Below are positions 1 to 11,940 of a stretch of 64,000 bases of DNA, piece by piece; position 1 is the first letter of the stretch, and each line of letters begins with the position of its first letter. The notes beneath the pieces were generated by a model, which was given only the letters and a program-made list of their open reading frames with translations, was not told the origin of the DNA and did not search any database. Made by a program: the position numbers and the translations under genes. Origin of the DNA: Okamejei kenojei (taxonomy: Eukaryota); NCBI GenBank assembly GCA_035221665.1, contig CM069136.1, forward strand, positions 110,484,001-110,548,000, given 5' to 3'.

Positions 1-67
1 TTAATCATCCTTGAACACTCGCTGTTGTATTTCGATCGCCAATTGTACCCTCGACTGGACAGACTGA

Positions 68-215
68 TGTGTGTATCGGAAGGAACTGCAGATGCTGGTT
101 TAAACTGAAGATAGACACAAAATGCTGGAGTAACTCAGCGAGACAGGCAGAATCTCTGGAGAGAAGGAATGGGTGACGATTTGGGGCGAGACCCTTCTTC
201 AGACTGAAAGTCAGG
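68..215 (-). mobile_element. Penelope-like element 3' end fragment with degenerate hammerhead core
   Basis: Reverse complement resembles the 3' end of the Penelope at 31450-31585 (ctgaagaagggtctcg..., gatgctgc..., cagcatctgcagttcctt). Confidence 0.8.
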
Positions 216-364
216 GGAAAGGGACTCTTGGAAAGCATCGTGGTTGGGATCGAGCCGAGGTTGTGGACCTGTGAGCCAGCAACCGAAACTGCTCTGTCAC
301 TGTGCCACCCACATGCCAAGGGAAGTGAGGATGTGCATTTAAGGAAGGAGTCATGGGTGCAACA

Positions 365-763
365 TTTTCTCGGTGGATTGTCACCTTGTCGCGGTAGAGA
401 AGCTTGTGTGGTCCTGAGATCCTGAGAGCGATGCTGTCTGGAGCTATGCTCCTGGTAGGGTTACCCATGGTGGTAAGGTTGAGGAGGAGGTCTCTGACAA
501 AGAGCAATCCAACCAAGACTGCAACAGTTGACGATGATGGCTGACTTTAGTGGAGCGTCACAACAGCTGGGAAGGCGGATGAAGGCTGCAGCAGAAAAGG
601 GTCCCCAGTCGTCTTGGATTCCATGCCATTGGATTCTGACCCAGATCTGTCAAGGATGGTGTGGTGGCTGTCTGTGCACCAGTCTCCCCACGTTAAACAA
701 AGTCATGCAAAGGTGTCCTCCATGAGAGGACAGTCATACTCGTTTCAAGTGACCGCCAATGAT
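365..763 (+). mobile_element. Short non-autonomous RTE-clade (Rex3/BovB-like 5'UTR-derived) retroelement
   Basis: Motifs ccttgtcgcggt...gagctatgc...agggttacccatgg...gaggtctctgacaaagag resemble RTE 5' ends; ends in aatgat; flanks TGCAACA (358-364) / TGCAATA (764-770) form a candidate TSD. Confidence 0.6.
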
Positions 764-939
764 TGCAATAGATTGGATCTTTTATACCTAATTTTTCAAA
801 CAGGATAAACATAGGCGAAGAAAGGGGAGATCAAGAATCTCATATTAATGATTCTGTGGATCATTTATTTACTGTCAGTGGACGTGGCATCTTTCTTCAT
901 ATGCCAGAGAAAGCTAGAGAAGCAGACACAATTATCACC

Positions 940-1270
940 GTGGGTGGTATGGTGGCGCATCGGTAGAGTTTCTGCCTTACAACGCTTGCAGCGCCGGAGT
1001 CCCGGGTTCGATCCCGACTATGGGTGCTGTCTGTATGGAGTTTGTACATTCTCCCCGTGACCTTGTGGGTTTTCTCCGAGATCTTTGGTTTCCTACCACA
1101 CTCCAAAGAAGTACAGGTATGTAGGTCAATTGGCTTGGTAAATGTAAAACAATTGTCCCTAGTGTGTGTGAAATAGTGTTAATGTGCGGGGATCGCTGGT
1201 CGGCGCAGACCCGGTGGGCCAAAGGGCCTGTTGCCACGCTGTTTCTCTTAACGAAATGAAACTAAACTAT
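940..1270 (+). mobile_element. HE1/V-SINE (tRNA head, V domain, CR1-like tail)
   Basis: A box ggtggcgcatcggtag, B box gggttcgatcc, V-domain ggagtttgtacattctccccgtgacc...ggtttcctaccacactccaaag, (actaa)n tail. Confidence 0.85.
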
Positions 1271-1289
1271 CAAGAATCAGGAGACAAGT

Positions 1290-1665
1290 GTGCTTAATTG
1301 TCATATGCACCGAAACAGAACGATGCATTTCTTACTTGCACAATAGGTTTGCAAGCACTGTGCTCAATAGATAGCATACACTAATAAACAAAGAAAAAGT
1401 TCAATAAATCACATCAGTAGAGTGCAAAATAAAACAAAGTTCCTAATTCAACCAAGACAGTTTGTAGTTTGAAGTACTGTTGAAGTTTGTAGTGTTCAAT
1501 AGCCCAATGGTTGTTTTGGAAGAAGCTGCTCCTGAACATGGGCCTCACGATTTTCAGACTCCTAAACCTTCTTCCCGATGGCAGGAATGAAATGAGAGCC
1601 TGGCTGGGGTTGTGTAGGTCCTTGATGATGCTGGCTGCCTTTTGAGGCAGTGCTTCCTATAGATT
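1290..1665 (-). mobile_element. Rex1/Babar-type LINE 3' fragment
   Basis: Minus strand encodes a degenerate LPSGRR..S....FR.SFF C-terminal motif followed by the 3' tail. Confidence 0.6.
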
Positions 1666-2554
1666 CCTTCCTAAAGATATTTGGATTGATATGCGGGTAG
1701 AAAGGATTTAAAGAGGCATGGACCAAATGCAGCCAAGTGAAACTAGCCCAGGATGCCAACTTGGTCTGCATGGACGCGTTACACCAAAGGGCTTGTTTCC
1801 ATGTTGTATAGTTCCATGCCCTTCTATAACTAGCACTTGCACTGCCTTTAATTTTTCTGCATTAACCTTGAATGAGAGACTAACTAATCTCCATTCACTA
1901 GCATTCTCCTAAGGTCATTGTTGTCAACAACCACTTTTCTGTTTGCATTTCTTGCAAAAATGCATGGATTTCTATGGCATTTTACAGCCATGAGGAAGGC
2001 TTGATTTAGTTAAAGAATGGAAACCATAGCAACCAACTAGCACACACCTTCAGTTGTAAGATAGGTCACAAGATCATCTATTTTAGCGATGTTGGTGAAA
2101 GGATAAACAGTTGTCAGGAGATCAGAGAGAAAAGCTTTTTGGTGCAAAGTAAATGTTTGTGTTCAGTTGAGAGAGAAGCTGAAACATGTCAGTTCCTCAG
2201 TTCTTGTACTGAAATATGGGCCCAGAGTTCTGTGCTCAAGGCTCTGGATGAGAATAGAACACACGAAGTTCTGTCACAGAGGTGAGAGGGCGAGATTCTG
2301 AACTAATGGTATTGTTCCGCACTCTACTCACATCTCACATGTTCCAGTTGAAAGGCTAACCCTATATGAGATGGCATGGGATATATGCGATGATTAGCTT
2401 CCCAGGAGGCATTTTGGATTCTGCTTCTAAATACCATTGACCTTTTTTCATCGCTCCCTTGTTATTTTGCTTTGATTACTGTGAACAATAAACAATATTT
2501 ACTGTGATTCATTCGTGATCAACTTTCTCTTTTTTTAAACTTTTCACTTTTTTT

Positions 2555-2785
2555 CTTCTTCTTTTTCAAAAACTTTATTCAGCACACACGCATAATACAT
2601 CGCATCAAAAACACAATCAGCGGATACAATACATCAAGTAATCATTATAGTACAATGACGCATTCATTATTTACAATACTCCCAACCCCATGCGGTGACC
2701 GGCACCCACGGAAGGCCTCCAGAGTCCCCATGGACACTGCGTATTCCCTCTACAGGGACACGGACGTAGGCTGCCGACTCTAGCA
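2555..2785 (-). mobile_element. Tx1-like LINE 3' end (runs into gap)
   Basis: Similar to 61160-61350 (acaatacatcaag...gaaggcctc.agagtcccc.tggaca); T-rich tail on the + strand. Confidence 0.7.
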
Positions 2786-2999
2786 NNNNNNNNNNNNNNN
2801 NNNNNNNNNNNNNNNNNNNNNNNNNNNNNNNNNNNNNNNNNNNNNNNNNNNNNNNNNNNNNNNNNNNNNNNNNNNNNNNNNNNNNNNNNNNNNNNNNNNN
2901 NNNNNNNNNNNNNNNNNNNNNNNNNNNNNNNNNNNNNNNNNNNNNNNNNNNNNNNNNNNNNNNNNNNNNNNNNNNNNNNNNNNNNNNNNNNNNNNNNNN
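2786..2999. other. Assembly gap (N run)
   Basis: Run of n. Confidence 1.
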
Positions 3000-3174
3000 A
3001 ATGTATGTTTTTAAATAGCTTTACAGGCCCATTGATAGATTATGCTCAAATAAATACACAATAATCAATAATACAATAAATTAATAATCAGTAATACTAG
3101 ATAACCTAACCATTGTAATGCAAAACTGAAGTCTGTAGTGCAACAAGTCTATAGATCATATTTTATGTGGTTAG

Positions 3175-3605
3175 ATTAGAACATAGAATAGTACAGCACA
3201 GGAATGGGCCCTTTTGGCCCAAAATGTTTGTGCTGAACATGATGCCAAGATAAACTGATGTCATCAGCATGTGCATGAGCCATATCCCTCCATTCCCTGT
3301 ACTTCCATGTGCCTATCGAAAAACCTCTCAAAGCCACTATCTTATCTTCCTCCACCACCACCCCTGGCAATGTGTTCCAGCCCCCACTACTCTCTGTGTA
3401 AAAATAACTTGTCCCACATGTCCCCATTAAACTTTCCCTCTCTCACCTTACAGCTATGCCTCTAGTGTTTGACTTTTCTACCCTGGGAAAAAGATTTTGA
3501 TTGTCTATCCTATCTATGCCTAACATAATTTTACATACTTCTATCAAGTCTCCCCTCAACCTCTGACATTCCAAAGAAAACAATTAAAGTTTATCCAACC
3601 ACTGT
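3175..3605 (-). mobile_element. CR1 LINE 3' fragment
   Basis: Minus-strand ..FYTE....WNTLPGVVVE.. C-terminus plus CR1 3'UTR and (atagaa)n tail. Confidence 0.8.
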
Positions 3606-4284
3606 AGTACTATCCTATTGCATTTATGTGAGAAATACAGATTTCCCCAACAAAATACTGATTTTCAGTCATCAAAATATGAAAATACTCGGTGAAACTT
3701 GGCAGCTCTGCGATTATTCACAATCACATTATGTTTGAGAATTCAAAATGTGATTTGTGTTCTTGTTTATGAGTCATCATGGAACTAGAATTTGTCATAA
3801 TAGTATGACAGTAAAATAGGTTAGTTTGAAAGCGATCATAGTAATGTAAATGCTCCATTTAATTTGACTTCAATTTTCATGATGGAAATTTAAGTCGAAC
3901 TAAATGTTGTATTCACATCACTATTTAATGTTGAAATTGATGTGATGCGAAGTTGTTAGGTCAGGAGGACCAATAATGGTGCACTGCACACACTAACACA
4001 GTTTAACAGTAACAGGCAATCAAATCAACACACAAACCATTTTGTAAAAAAAATCCTTTACTGCCAAAACTTACAGTATTTTATTTGCAGTTTATAACAT
4101 TTTACATAACATTTTGCAACAGTACAACTTGATTATTAAAACAAGAACAACTTTAATTCTTGATTTAAAAAAATGTATACAACAATGCTCCCAATCATCC
4201 CATTCCACCCACTCATTACTCTTGACTCAAGCAAAATTATTTGTGAATTATTGGTCATAAATGTGCTGCACAAATGCTCCAAAA

Positions 4285-4474
4285 TAAGGCTCAGAATGCA
4301 CCAGAGAGCATCTAAAACCTCAGAGAATCCAGGGCCCTTAAGCGGGTCCTAGGCCCCGGCCGCAAGGGACTTTGCACCGCGCTCGTGATGTGCGCTGTGC
4401 GCACATTGTTTCACATAACATTTTGGTAATCCTGTCATGCCACCCCCCTTTTTGAAAAGCTTCGTACGGGCCTG
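4285..4474. mobile_element. Terminal part of a non-autonomous DNA transposon (one CAGGCCCGTACG end)
   Basis: CpG-rich segment ending ccccccttttt gaaaagcttcgtacgggcctg, typical of CAG-terminal elements; partner end not found. Confidence 0.4.
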
Positions 4475-4477
4475 CAG

Positions 4478-4925
4478 AGATAAGGAAAGCAAGGTGTGAA
4501 AACGAGACAAAGGTAGTGTAGATCAAGGAAAATGTAGAATAGATCATTATTAGCTAGGAGAAGGTAACAACAAAGCAAACAGTGATAACATGTAAATGAG
4601 AACAGTCAGACTAGTTGGAGAATTGGGAAGGGGAGAGGGATGGAGAGAGAGGAAAGGCAAAGGTTATATGAAGTTAGAGAAGTCAATATTCATACCACTG
4701 GGATGTAAGCTGCCCAAGCAAAATATCAGGTGTTGTTCCTCCAATTTGCACTGGGCCTCACTCTGACAATGTAGGCCCAGGACAGAAAGGTCAGTGTGGG
4801 AATGGGAGGAGGAGTTAAAGTGTTTAGCAACCGGGAAATCTGGTTGGTTTAGGCAGACTGAGCGGAGGTGTTCAGCGAAGAGGTCACTGACCCTACACTT
4901 GGTCTCGCTGATATATATACTGTTG
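4478..4925 (-). mobile_element. Penelope-like GIY-YIG endonuclease/3'UTR fragment
   Basis: ORF 4664-4957: YISETKCRVSDLFAEHLRSV...PVAKHFNS.SHS...EEQHLIFCLGSLHPSGMN. Confidence 0.9.
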
Positions 4926-5494
4926 AAATCATGAGCATTACCCAGCCATGTACCCAACGCTCAGTCCTCCCCGGTCCTTCAAGGCATTGTTCATGTACGC
5001 CGCTGGGATGGCAACTCCACTATCATCAGGAATCCTGTTGCCTTAGGGTGATCACAATAGCACCGATACATTTCAATGGTCTGACAGCCTGTCTGCTACA
5101 ACACAGGTGTGTGTTGTTTTTCTTAAATAGTTTAATACAGATATATCTAATCACAACCTGTTTAGCTACTGGAAAATTGTCACCATAACTCTTGTACCAT
5201 TTTGAAGAGAAAAATCCTGAATTTTGGAAAAGGCCAATTCCCATTTTATTGAATTTTCCATTTCCATTGATAACATAGCAAAAGATAATTTTGGACCATC
5301 TTTTGCAGGACAAACTACATAGAAGATAGAAATGTATGTATAAGAGCATTCCCTTTGGCCCACAACATCTGTGCCAAACACATTGCCAAGTTGAATAAAT
5401 CTCCTCTACCTCCATGTGATCCATATCCTTCCATTCATTACATATTCATGTGGCTATTTAAAACTTCTTAACCCACACTGTTGTATCTGCCTCC

Positions 5495-6645
5495 AGATAG
5501 TTTTCTACCATCTCTACTTCGGAACCGTCAATGCAAACTGAGGTACGTGTACCGCCTTGCTTCCTGAAGTCAAACACTATCTCCTTTATCCTGCTGACAT
5601 TGAGAGAAAGGTTGTTGTCTCAACACCAGGAAAACGGGGTTCTCGATCTCCTTCCTATACTCCGTCTCATCATTATTTGATATCTGGCCCACATTGATGG
5701 TGAGATAGGGAATTTAGGAATGCTGTGGAACAGAGGGATCTAGGAATAACTGTGCATAGTTCCCTGAAGGTGGAATCGCATGTAGATAGGGTGGTAAAGA
5801 AAGCCTTTGGTGTGCTGGCCTTTATAAATCAGAGCATTGAATATAGGAGTAGGGAAGTAATGTTAAAATTGTCCAAGGCATTGGTAAGACCAATTCTGGA
5901 GTATGGTGTACAATTTTGGTCGCCTAGTTATAGGAAGGATGTCAACAAAATAGAGAGAGTACAGAGGAGATTTACTAGAATGTTGCCAGGGTTCCAGCAA
6001 CTATGTTACAGAGAAAGGTTGAACAAGTTAGGTCTTTATTCTTTGGAGCTCAGAAGGTTAAGGGGGGACTTGATTGAGGTCTTTAAAATGATGAAAGCGA
6101 TAGACAGAGTTGACGTGGATACGTTTTTCCCATTGAGGGTAGGGAAGATTCAAACAAGAGGGCATGACATGAGAATTAAGGGACAGAGGTTTCGGGGTAA
6201 CGTGAGGGGGAACTTCTTTACTCAGAGGGTGGTGGATGTGTGGAATCAGCTTCCAGCAGAAGTGGTGGAGGCAGGATCGATTTTAACATTTAAGAGTAAA
6301 GTGGATAGGTATATGGACGTGAAGGGAATGGAGGGGTATGGTCTGAGTGCAGGTAGATGGGACTAGGGGAAAACAAATGGTCGGCACGGACTGGAAGGGC
6401 CGAGAGGGCCTGTTTCCGTGCTGTAATTGTTATATGGTTATATGTTACATGGTTAGAAGGCATCCTTGCGGAACCCTAGTGTTGAGGATTATCATAGAGG
6501 ATGATTTGTCCTCTGTCCTCACTGATTGGGGTCTGTTGGTCAGGAAGTCGAGGATCTAGTTGCAGAGATAAGTGCTAACACCAAGTCCTGTGTGTTTTGT
6601 GATAAGCTTAGATGGTATAATGGTATTAAAAGCAGAGCAGGGCCC
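5495..6645 (-). mobile_element. Rex1/Babar RT fragment, interrupted by the CR1 at 5705-6450
   Basis: Minus strand WC*DNNLSLNVSRIKEIVFDFRK...IDGSEVEMVE; continues beyond the CR1. Confidence 0.7.
5705..6450 (+). mobile_element. Young 5'-truncated CR1 LINE (open ORF2 C-terminus 5725-6366)
   Basis: 213-aa open frame QRDLGITVH...LVRPILEYGVQFWSP...ERVQRRFTRM...RRLRGDLIEVFK...FFTQRVV..WN.LP; (gttatatg)n tail; candidate TSD atggt(g/t)ag. Confidence 0.93.
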
Positions 6646-6654
6646 GTTTCCAAG

Positions 6655-6992
6655 TTTAGTTTAGTTTGGAGATACAGCACGGAAACAGGCCCTTCGGCCC
6701 ACCGGGTCCGCGCTGACCAGCCATCCCTGCACCTAAACACTATCCTACAACCACCAGGGACAATTTTTACATTTACCAAGCCAATTAACCTTCAAACCTG
6801 TACGTCTTTGGCGTGTGGGAGGAAATCGAAGGTCTCAGAAAAAACATACGCAGATCATGGGGAGAACGTACAAATTCTGCACAGACAGCGCCCGTAGTCA
6901 GGATCGAACCTGGGTCTCCGGTGCTGCATTTGCAGTAAGGCAGTAACTCTACTGCTGCACCACTGTGACCACCCAATCTCTAAACTAAACTA
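6655..6992 (-). mobile_element. HE1/V-SINE
   Basis: Reverse complement of the SINE at 940-1270; (tttag)n tail. Confidence 0.85.
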
Positions 6993-6999
6993 AATATCT

Positions 7000-7760
7000 C
7001 CTTTAAACCTTTCCACAGTGACCTTAAAAGTGAACCTTCTAGTTTTGAACATTTTTCATCCTGGGACAAAGGTACTGACTCTCTACCCTATCTATGTCTC
7101 ATCATTGTATAAACCTCTATCAGTTCTCCCCCTCGGCCCTTGGCAATATATTGAGCAGTGTTCAGTCAATACAAATCCATCAGACTTTTACCGGGAATAA
7201 GGGGGTTAAACAGAAAGGCTGGTTGGATAAACTTGTATTCCTTTGAGTGTACAAGATTAAATGGTGGTCTAATTGAGGTCTTTAAGATGATTAAGGGCAT
7301 TGCTCGGGTAATTAGAGAGGAACTATTTTTTCTCTGGGAAAACCTAAAACAGAAAGCTGCACTGTAAAATTAGAGCATCCTTTCAGTGGTGATGACAGGA
7401 GATATTTCTTCGCAGCCAAAGCAACAAAATTCAATGGAACACATAAAGGTTTTATGAGGATAGGAAAGGTTTATAGAGAGATTAAGATCTAATGCAGGCA
7501 AATAGAACTAGCTTAGATGGGCATCTTGGTTGGCGTGGATGAGTTGGATTAAGGATGTCTGTTTGTGTGCTGTATTACTCTTACTCTATAAAGGCTGTCG
7601 TTTCCAGAACATTAACTGAAAATTATTATTTGTTCACCACTGCTAGTTATTACTAATATATTAACGGTTCTGTAACCAAGGTGGGTGGGTGGTTCTGATC
7701 TCATTGAATGGTGGAACAGGCTTAAGGGGCAGATGGGTCTTTCCCTGCATTCCCATGATC
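7000..7760. mobile_element. Old CR1 fragments (both orientations)
   Basis: Degenerate GGLIEVFKMIKG motif (7158-7367) and CR1 3'UTR pieces. Confidence 0.6.
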
Positions 7761-8365
7761 TGCTCACCTACAAATTTCCAATTTGTCTTCCATTCTCCTC
7801 AATCAATAATTCTTCTCTCATCTGGTTCAATGAACATTTTATCTCCACAGATCATGCCCTGAAATCCCTCTGTCTCTGTAAAACATAATAGAAAATGTAA
7901 AGGAATCGTGCTGCTCCTCACACCCCCAGTTGTGTCAGGCTACACATTTACCCATTGACAGACTTCTCTATTATCACGTTCTTCTCATCGCATTTCACCA
8001 TATGCACACCTTTGGCATCTCCACTTATCACCTCCAGCCTTGGTTGCTATCTCCACCTTTCTCTTCCCCACCTGAGTAATCTGTCAAGGGTGGCTGAATA
8101 ATCTGTCAATTTGCCACAGAAGACTTGCCACATTTGCTTTTGTGAAGAAGGTGAGGTTCCCACAACTCGGACCCTCACTTATCACAGATGCCTAGTTCCA
8201 CAACTCCGAGTTTCCCTCCACGAGTCCTCTCTGCATAAATCTTTGGTTACCTAGAACCACCCATCACTTGCCAGCTCTTGCCCTACCCCTTCTCCTCTCC
8301 TCCTTCCACCGGTTATGTCTGGTCTACTACACACTTGAAATATTTTGACCTAAAACACGGTCTGC

Positions 8366-8465
8366 CAAGTCTGAAGAAGGGTCTCGACCCGAAACGTCGC
8401 CTATCTCCTTCGCTCCTTAGATGCTGCTGCACCCGCTGAGTTTCTCCAGCTTTTTGTGTACCCTC
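8366..8465 (+). mobile_element. Penelope 3' end with intact minimal hammerhead motif (8371-8398)
   Basis: CTGAAGA-A-GGGT-ctcg-ACCC-GAAA-CGTC, identical to 31454-31481. Confidence 0.85.
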
Positions 8466-8559
8466 ACCTCCACAGATGCTGCCTGACCAGCTGAATGTCT
8501 CCACCAGTTTGTTTATCACTTTCAGATTCTGACCACATCCATTTATTCACCACTTCTTT

Positions 8560-9160
8560 AGATTTAGTTTAGTTTAGATACAGCACAGAAACAGGTCGTT
8601 CGGCCCATCGAGTCCATGTCGACCCGTGGTCCCCCCCACATTAACACTACACACACGAGGGATAATTTTACATTTACACTAAGCCAGTTAACTTACAAAC
8701 CTGCATGTCTTTGGAGTGTGGGAGGAAACCAAAGATCTCGAAGAAAATCCACGGGTCATTGGGAGAATGTATAAGCTCCGTACAGACAAGTACCCGGAGT
8801 CAGGATTGAGCCCAGGTCTCTGGCGCTGTAATGCCCCTGTCCCACTTAGGAAACCTGAACGGAAACCTCTGGAGACTTTGCGCCCCACCCAAGGTTTCCG
8901 TGCGGTTCCCGGAGGTTTTTGTCCTCCGGCAACCACCTTCAATTCGCATCGCAACCGGCTTCGACTAAAAAATTACCGATTTTTAAAAACGGAAACCACT
9001 TTCGAACATTAGGGAGAATGACAAAAACCTCCGGGAACCTCCGGGAACCACATGGAAACCTTGGGGTGGGGCGCAAATTCTCCAGAGGTTTCCGTTCAGG
9101 TTTCCTAGGTGGGACGGGGCATAAGGCACTAGCTCTACCGCTACACCACTGTGCCACCTT
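8560..9160 (-). mobile_element. HE1/V-SINE interrupted by a Harbinger MITE
   Basis: SINE sequence gcgctgTAA|ggcac is split at TAA by the 8832-9121 element. Confidence 0.85.
8832..9121. mobile_element. PIF/Harbinger-type MITE (long TIRs, TAA TSD)
   Basis: TGCCCCTGTCCCACTTAGGAAACCTGAACGG... and its inverted copy at the other end; TAA at 8829-8831 and 9122-9124. Confidence 0.9.
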
Positions 9161-9429
9161 AGTAGTAATATGCAGTAATATGTCCAGAAAACAGAAGGGT
9201 CTCAACCCGAAACGTCGCCTATCTCCTTCGCTCCTTAGATGCTGCTGCACCCGCTGAGTTTCTCCAGCTTTTTGTGTACCCCCGATTTAATTAAACCACT
9301 TGTGGAAATATTGGGAGAATTAGGCCAAAACTAAATAATTAAGAGCAGAGAGTTGTGGTGCAACACATTTATGATAGTGAGGGCCTGGAGTTGAGGAACC
9401 TCACCTTCGTCACAAGGGAGAGTTGTTCT

Positions 9430-9735
9430 AGACAATAGACAATAGGTGCAGGAGTAGGCCATTCAGCCCTTTGTGCCAGCATTCACAATCAATACCCTGT
9501 TCCTGCCTTCTCCCCAAATCCCTTGACTCCGCTATCATTAAGAGCTCAATCTAACTCTCTCTTGTAAGCATCCAGAGAAATGGCCTCCACTGCCTTCTGA
9601 GGCAGAGAATTCCACAGATTCACAACTCTCTGGGAGTAAAAAAGGTTTTCCTCATCTCCACTCTAAATGGCCTACCCCTTATTCTTAAACTGTGGCCCCT
9701 GATTCTGGACTCCCCCAAAATCTGGAACATATTCC
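9430..9735 (-). mobile_element. CR1 3' fragment
   Basis: (agacaat)n tail, ggtgcaggagtaggccattc, gaattccacagattcacaac. Confidence 0.85.
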
Positions 9736-10584
9736 GTGAAAATTAACTCAAATTAACAACCACCATTTGTTTTTCCTGTTATTTTCTCACTCATAATACA
9801 ATACCTCTTCCCATGTGGTTGGACCTCTCTTCAGCTAAGCTAGTAAAACTCAACAGGTCATGTAGCATCTGTGGAGAGGGAAGCAGGGTTTCAGTCAGAT
9901 GACTTCTAATAAAAGGTGATTGTTCTGAAATGTTTACTCTATTTTTCTCTCTTCACAGATGCCTGGCCTGCTGAACATTCCCAGTAATTTTCCACTTTTA
10001 TTTTACACTTTGAGCACCTGTTTTTTTTTTTTGCACTATTGACGAGGTGAAGGAGATCTAATTTTTCACGGGAAATGACCACTTGTTAAAGGCATTTCAA
10101 ATGTAAGTTCATAAAGATCCAATAAAAAAAAAATAATTCTCTAGGATTTAAGGATATGCATATTTTCCTTTGATTAGAGGCAACATTTAAGATTGGAAAA
10201 AATGTTTTTGTGTTCCACAGGCTTTGCCATTATTGCACATGTGCTTTACAATCTGTCACTGAAGGGGGCAAGAGCAAGCAGACACAATAATTATTTATTA
10301 CAGAATATTTTCATGGATCCCCTACATGTATTATTACTAATCTAATTTCAAAACTGTCCAACAATTTAAAAAAAAACCTTGTTTGCAATCAATGTAGTTC
10401 ATTATTTAATAGGACTCAGCGTAATGAGAATTGATTGTAATAATGTTGAAATTAGGAGCTGAATTGATCAGATACCTCAGGGAGCAGTAGGCCATTTCAA
10501 TTAAAGAGGCCAGGTGTTTTCTCTCACAATTACTTAAGGGTGATGCCCCTACCTCATTCAAGTTGTGTTTAAAGAGATTCAAAC

Positions 10585-10930
10585 TCAATCCAGTAACATC
10601 CTTTCCCTCCTCTCTCCTTTCCCATCAGGCAGAAGATACAAACCCTTGAAAACACATATCACAAGATTCAGAAACAGCTTCTTATATGATGTTACCAGAC
10701 AACTGGAGGGTCATTCTAATAAGCTGATCTTCCAACCTTCACTATTGTGCCTTTACACTCTTTTTTTACCCTGTAACACTGCAATGCTGTGACACTATAT
10801 TTTGCCCTCTGGTATTTTTCTCTTTGCACTGTCTCTGGTACTTGTGTATGACTTGACTTATGTACAGTATTATCTGACTAGATAGCAGTATTTCCACTGT
10901 ATATTGGTACACATGACAATAAGAAACCAC
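10585..10930 (+). mobile_element. Rex1/Babar 3' end
   Basis: LSPFPSGRRYKPLKTHITRFRNSF; tail tttccactgtatattggtacacatgacaataa. Confidence 0.75.
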
Positions 10931-11124
10931 CAACATCTCTAACCAATGGAACTTAAGGACTGAAAGCGGACAGGAGACAAAGAGATGAAAATAAGACAAA
11001 ACATGTATAAAATGTTTGATGAAGGGAGAGAAAGAAAAACATTGAATTATGAGAGGAAGAAAGGAAATATAAAACCTGTCATTTTTTTTTAAATTAGCAG
11101 GCTGAGGAGATTAATTTAATTTAA

Positions 11125-11940
11125 AAAAGGAACTGCAGATGCTGATTTATACAAAAGATAGACACAAAATGCTGGAGTAACTCAGTGGGCCAGGCAGCAT
11201 CTCTGGAGAAAATAGATAGGTAATGTTTCAGGTCAAGAGCCTTCTTCAGACTGAGTGTAGTGGGGGGGGGGGGGGGGGGGACTGGAAGCAAGAAAAGACC
11301 AGGTTGAGTTGGGCAGCATGGTTCCCTGATTGGCCATTTGTTGGGTAAAGACAGTGTGATCCCAAGAGAGATACATTGTAGTGAACCACGGAACTGGTAA
11401 CTGGGGGAAGAGAGGAGTGTTTGTAGAACTCATCTAAAATTTTAGAATTCAATGTATGCCTAAAATTAGAGAATTCAACGGGCCTCCTACATTGCCAGAG
11501 TGAGGTCGCATGCAAATTGGAGGAACAACACCTCATATTTTGCTTCATTATCTTACACACACCAGCGGTATGAACATTGAATTCTCCTATTTTAGGTAAC
11601 TTCTACAAACAATCTCATCACCCCTCCACGCAATCTTCTTCCCCTTGGCCCACTTCCTCCACTAAAAGTTGGTTAACCTATTCCATCGTTCACAATGAAT
11701 CTGTCTTTGGATCACTCTGTCCCTTGCCAGCAATTGGCCTATCAAACAATCTCCCTGATTGTGGTAATCTGTTGCCGGCTCTGATTTGTTCTGGTCTTTA
11801 CTTGCTTCCAGTGCCACACCCCCACCCCTCCCACAATCAGTCCAAAGAAAGGATCCATCCTGAAACGTCATCTATCCATTTTCTCTAGACATGCTGCCTG
11901 ATTCATTGAGTTACTCCAGCATTTTGTGTCTATCTTTGAG
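11125..11940. mobile_element. Head-to-head pair of Penelope 3' ends
   Basis: Minus-strand end at 11125-11460 and plus-strand GIY-YIG tail/end at 11478-11940, each with a degenerate hammerhead core. Confidence 0.8.

Noticed and set aside
940-1020. tRNA gene-like A/B boxes (also at other SINE heads)
   Set aside because: They continue into a V domain and CR1-like tail, so they are SINE heads rather than tRNA genes
5725-6366. 213-aa open ORF as a host gene
   Set aside because: It is the C-terminus of CR1 ORF2 in a 5'-truncated copy
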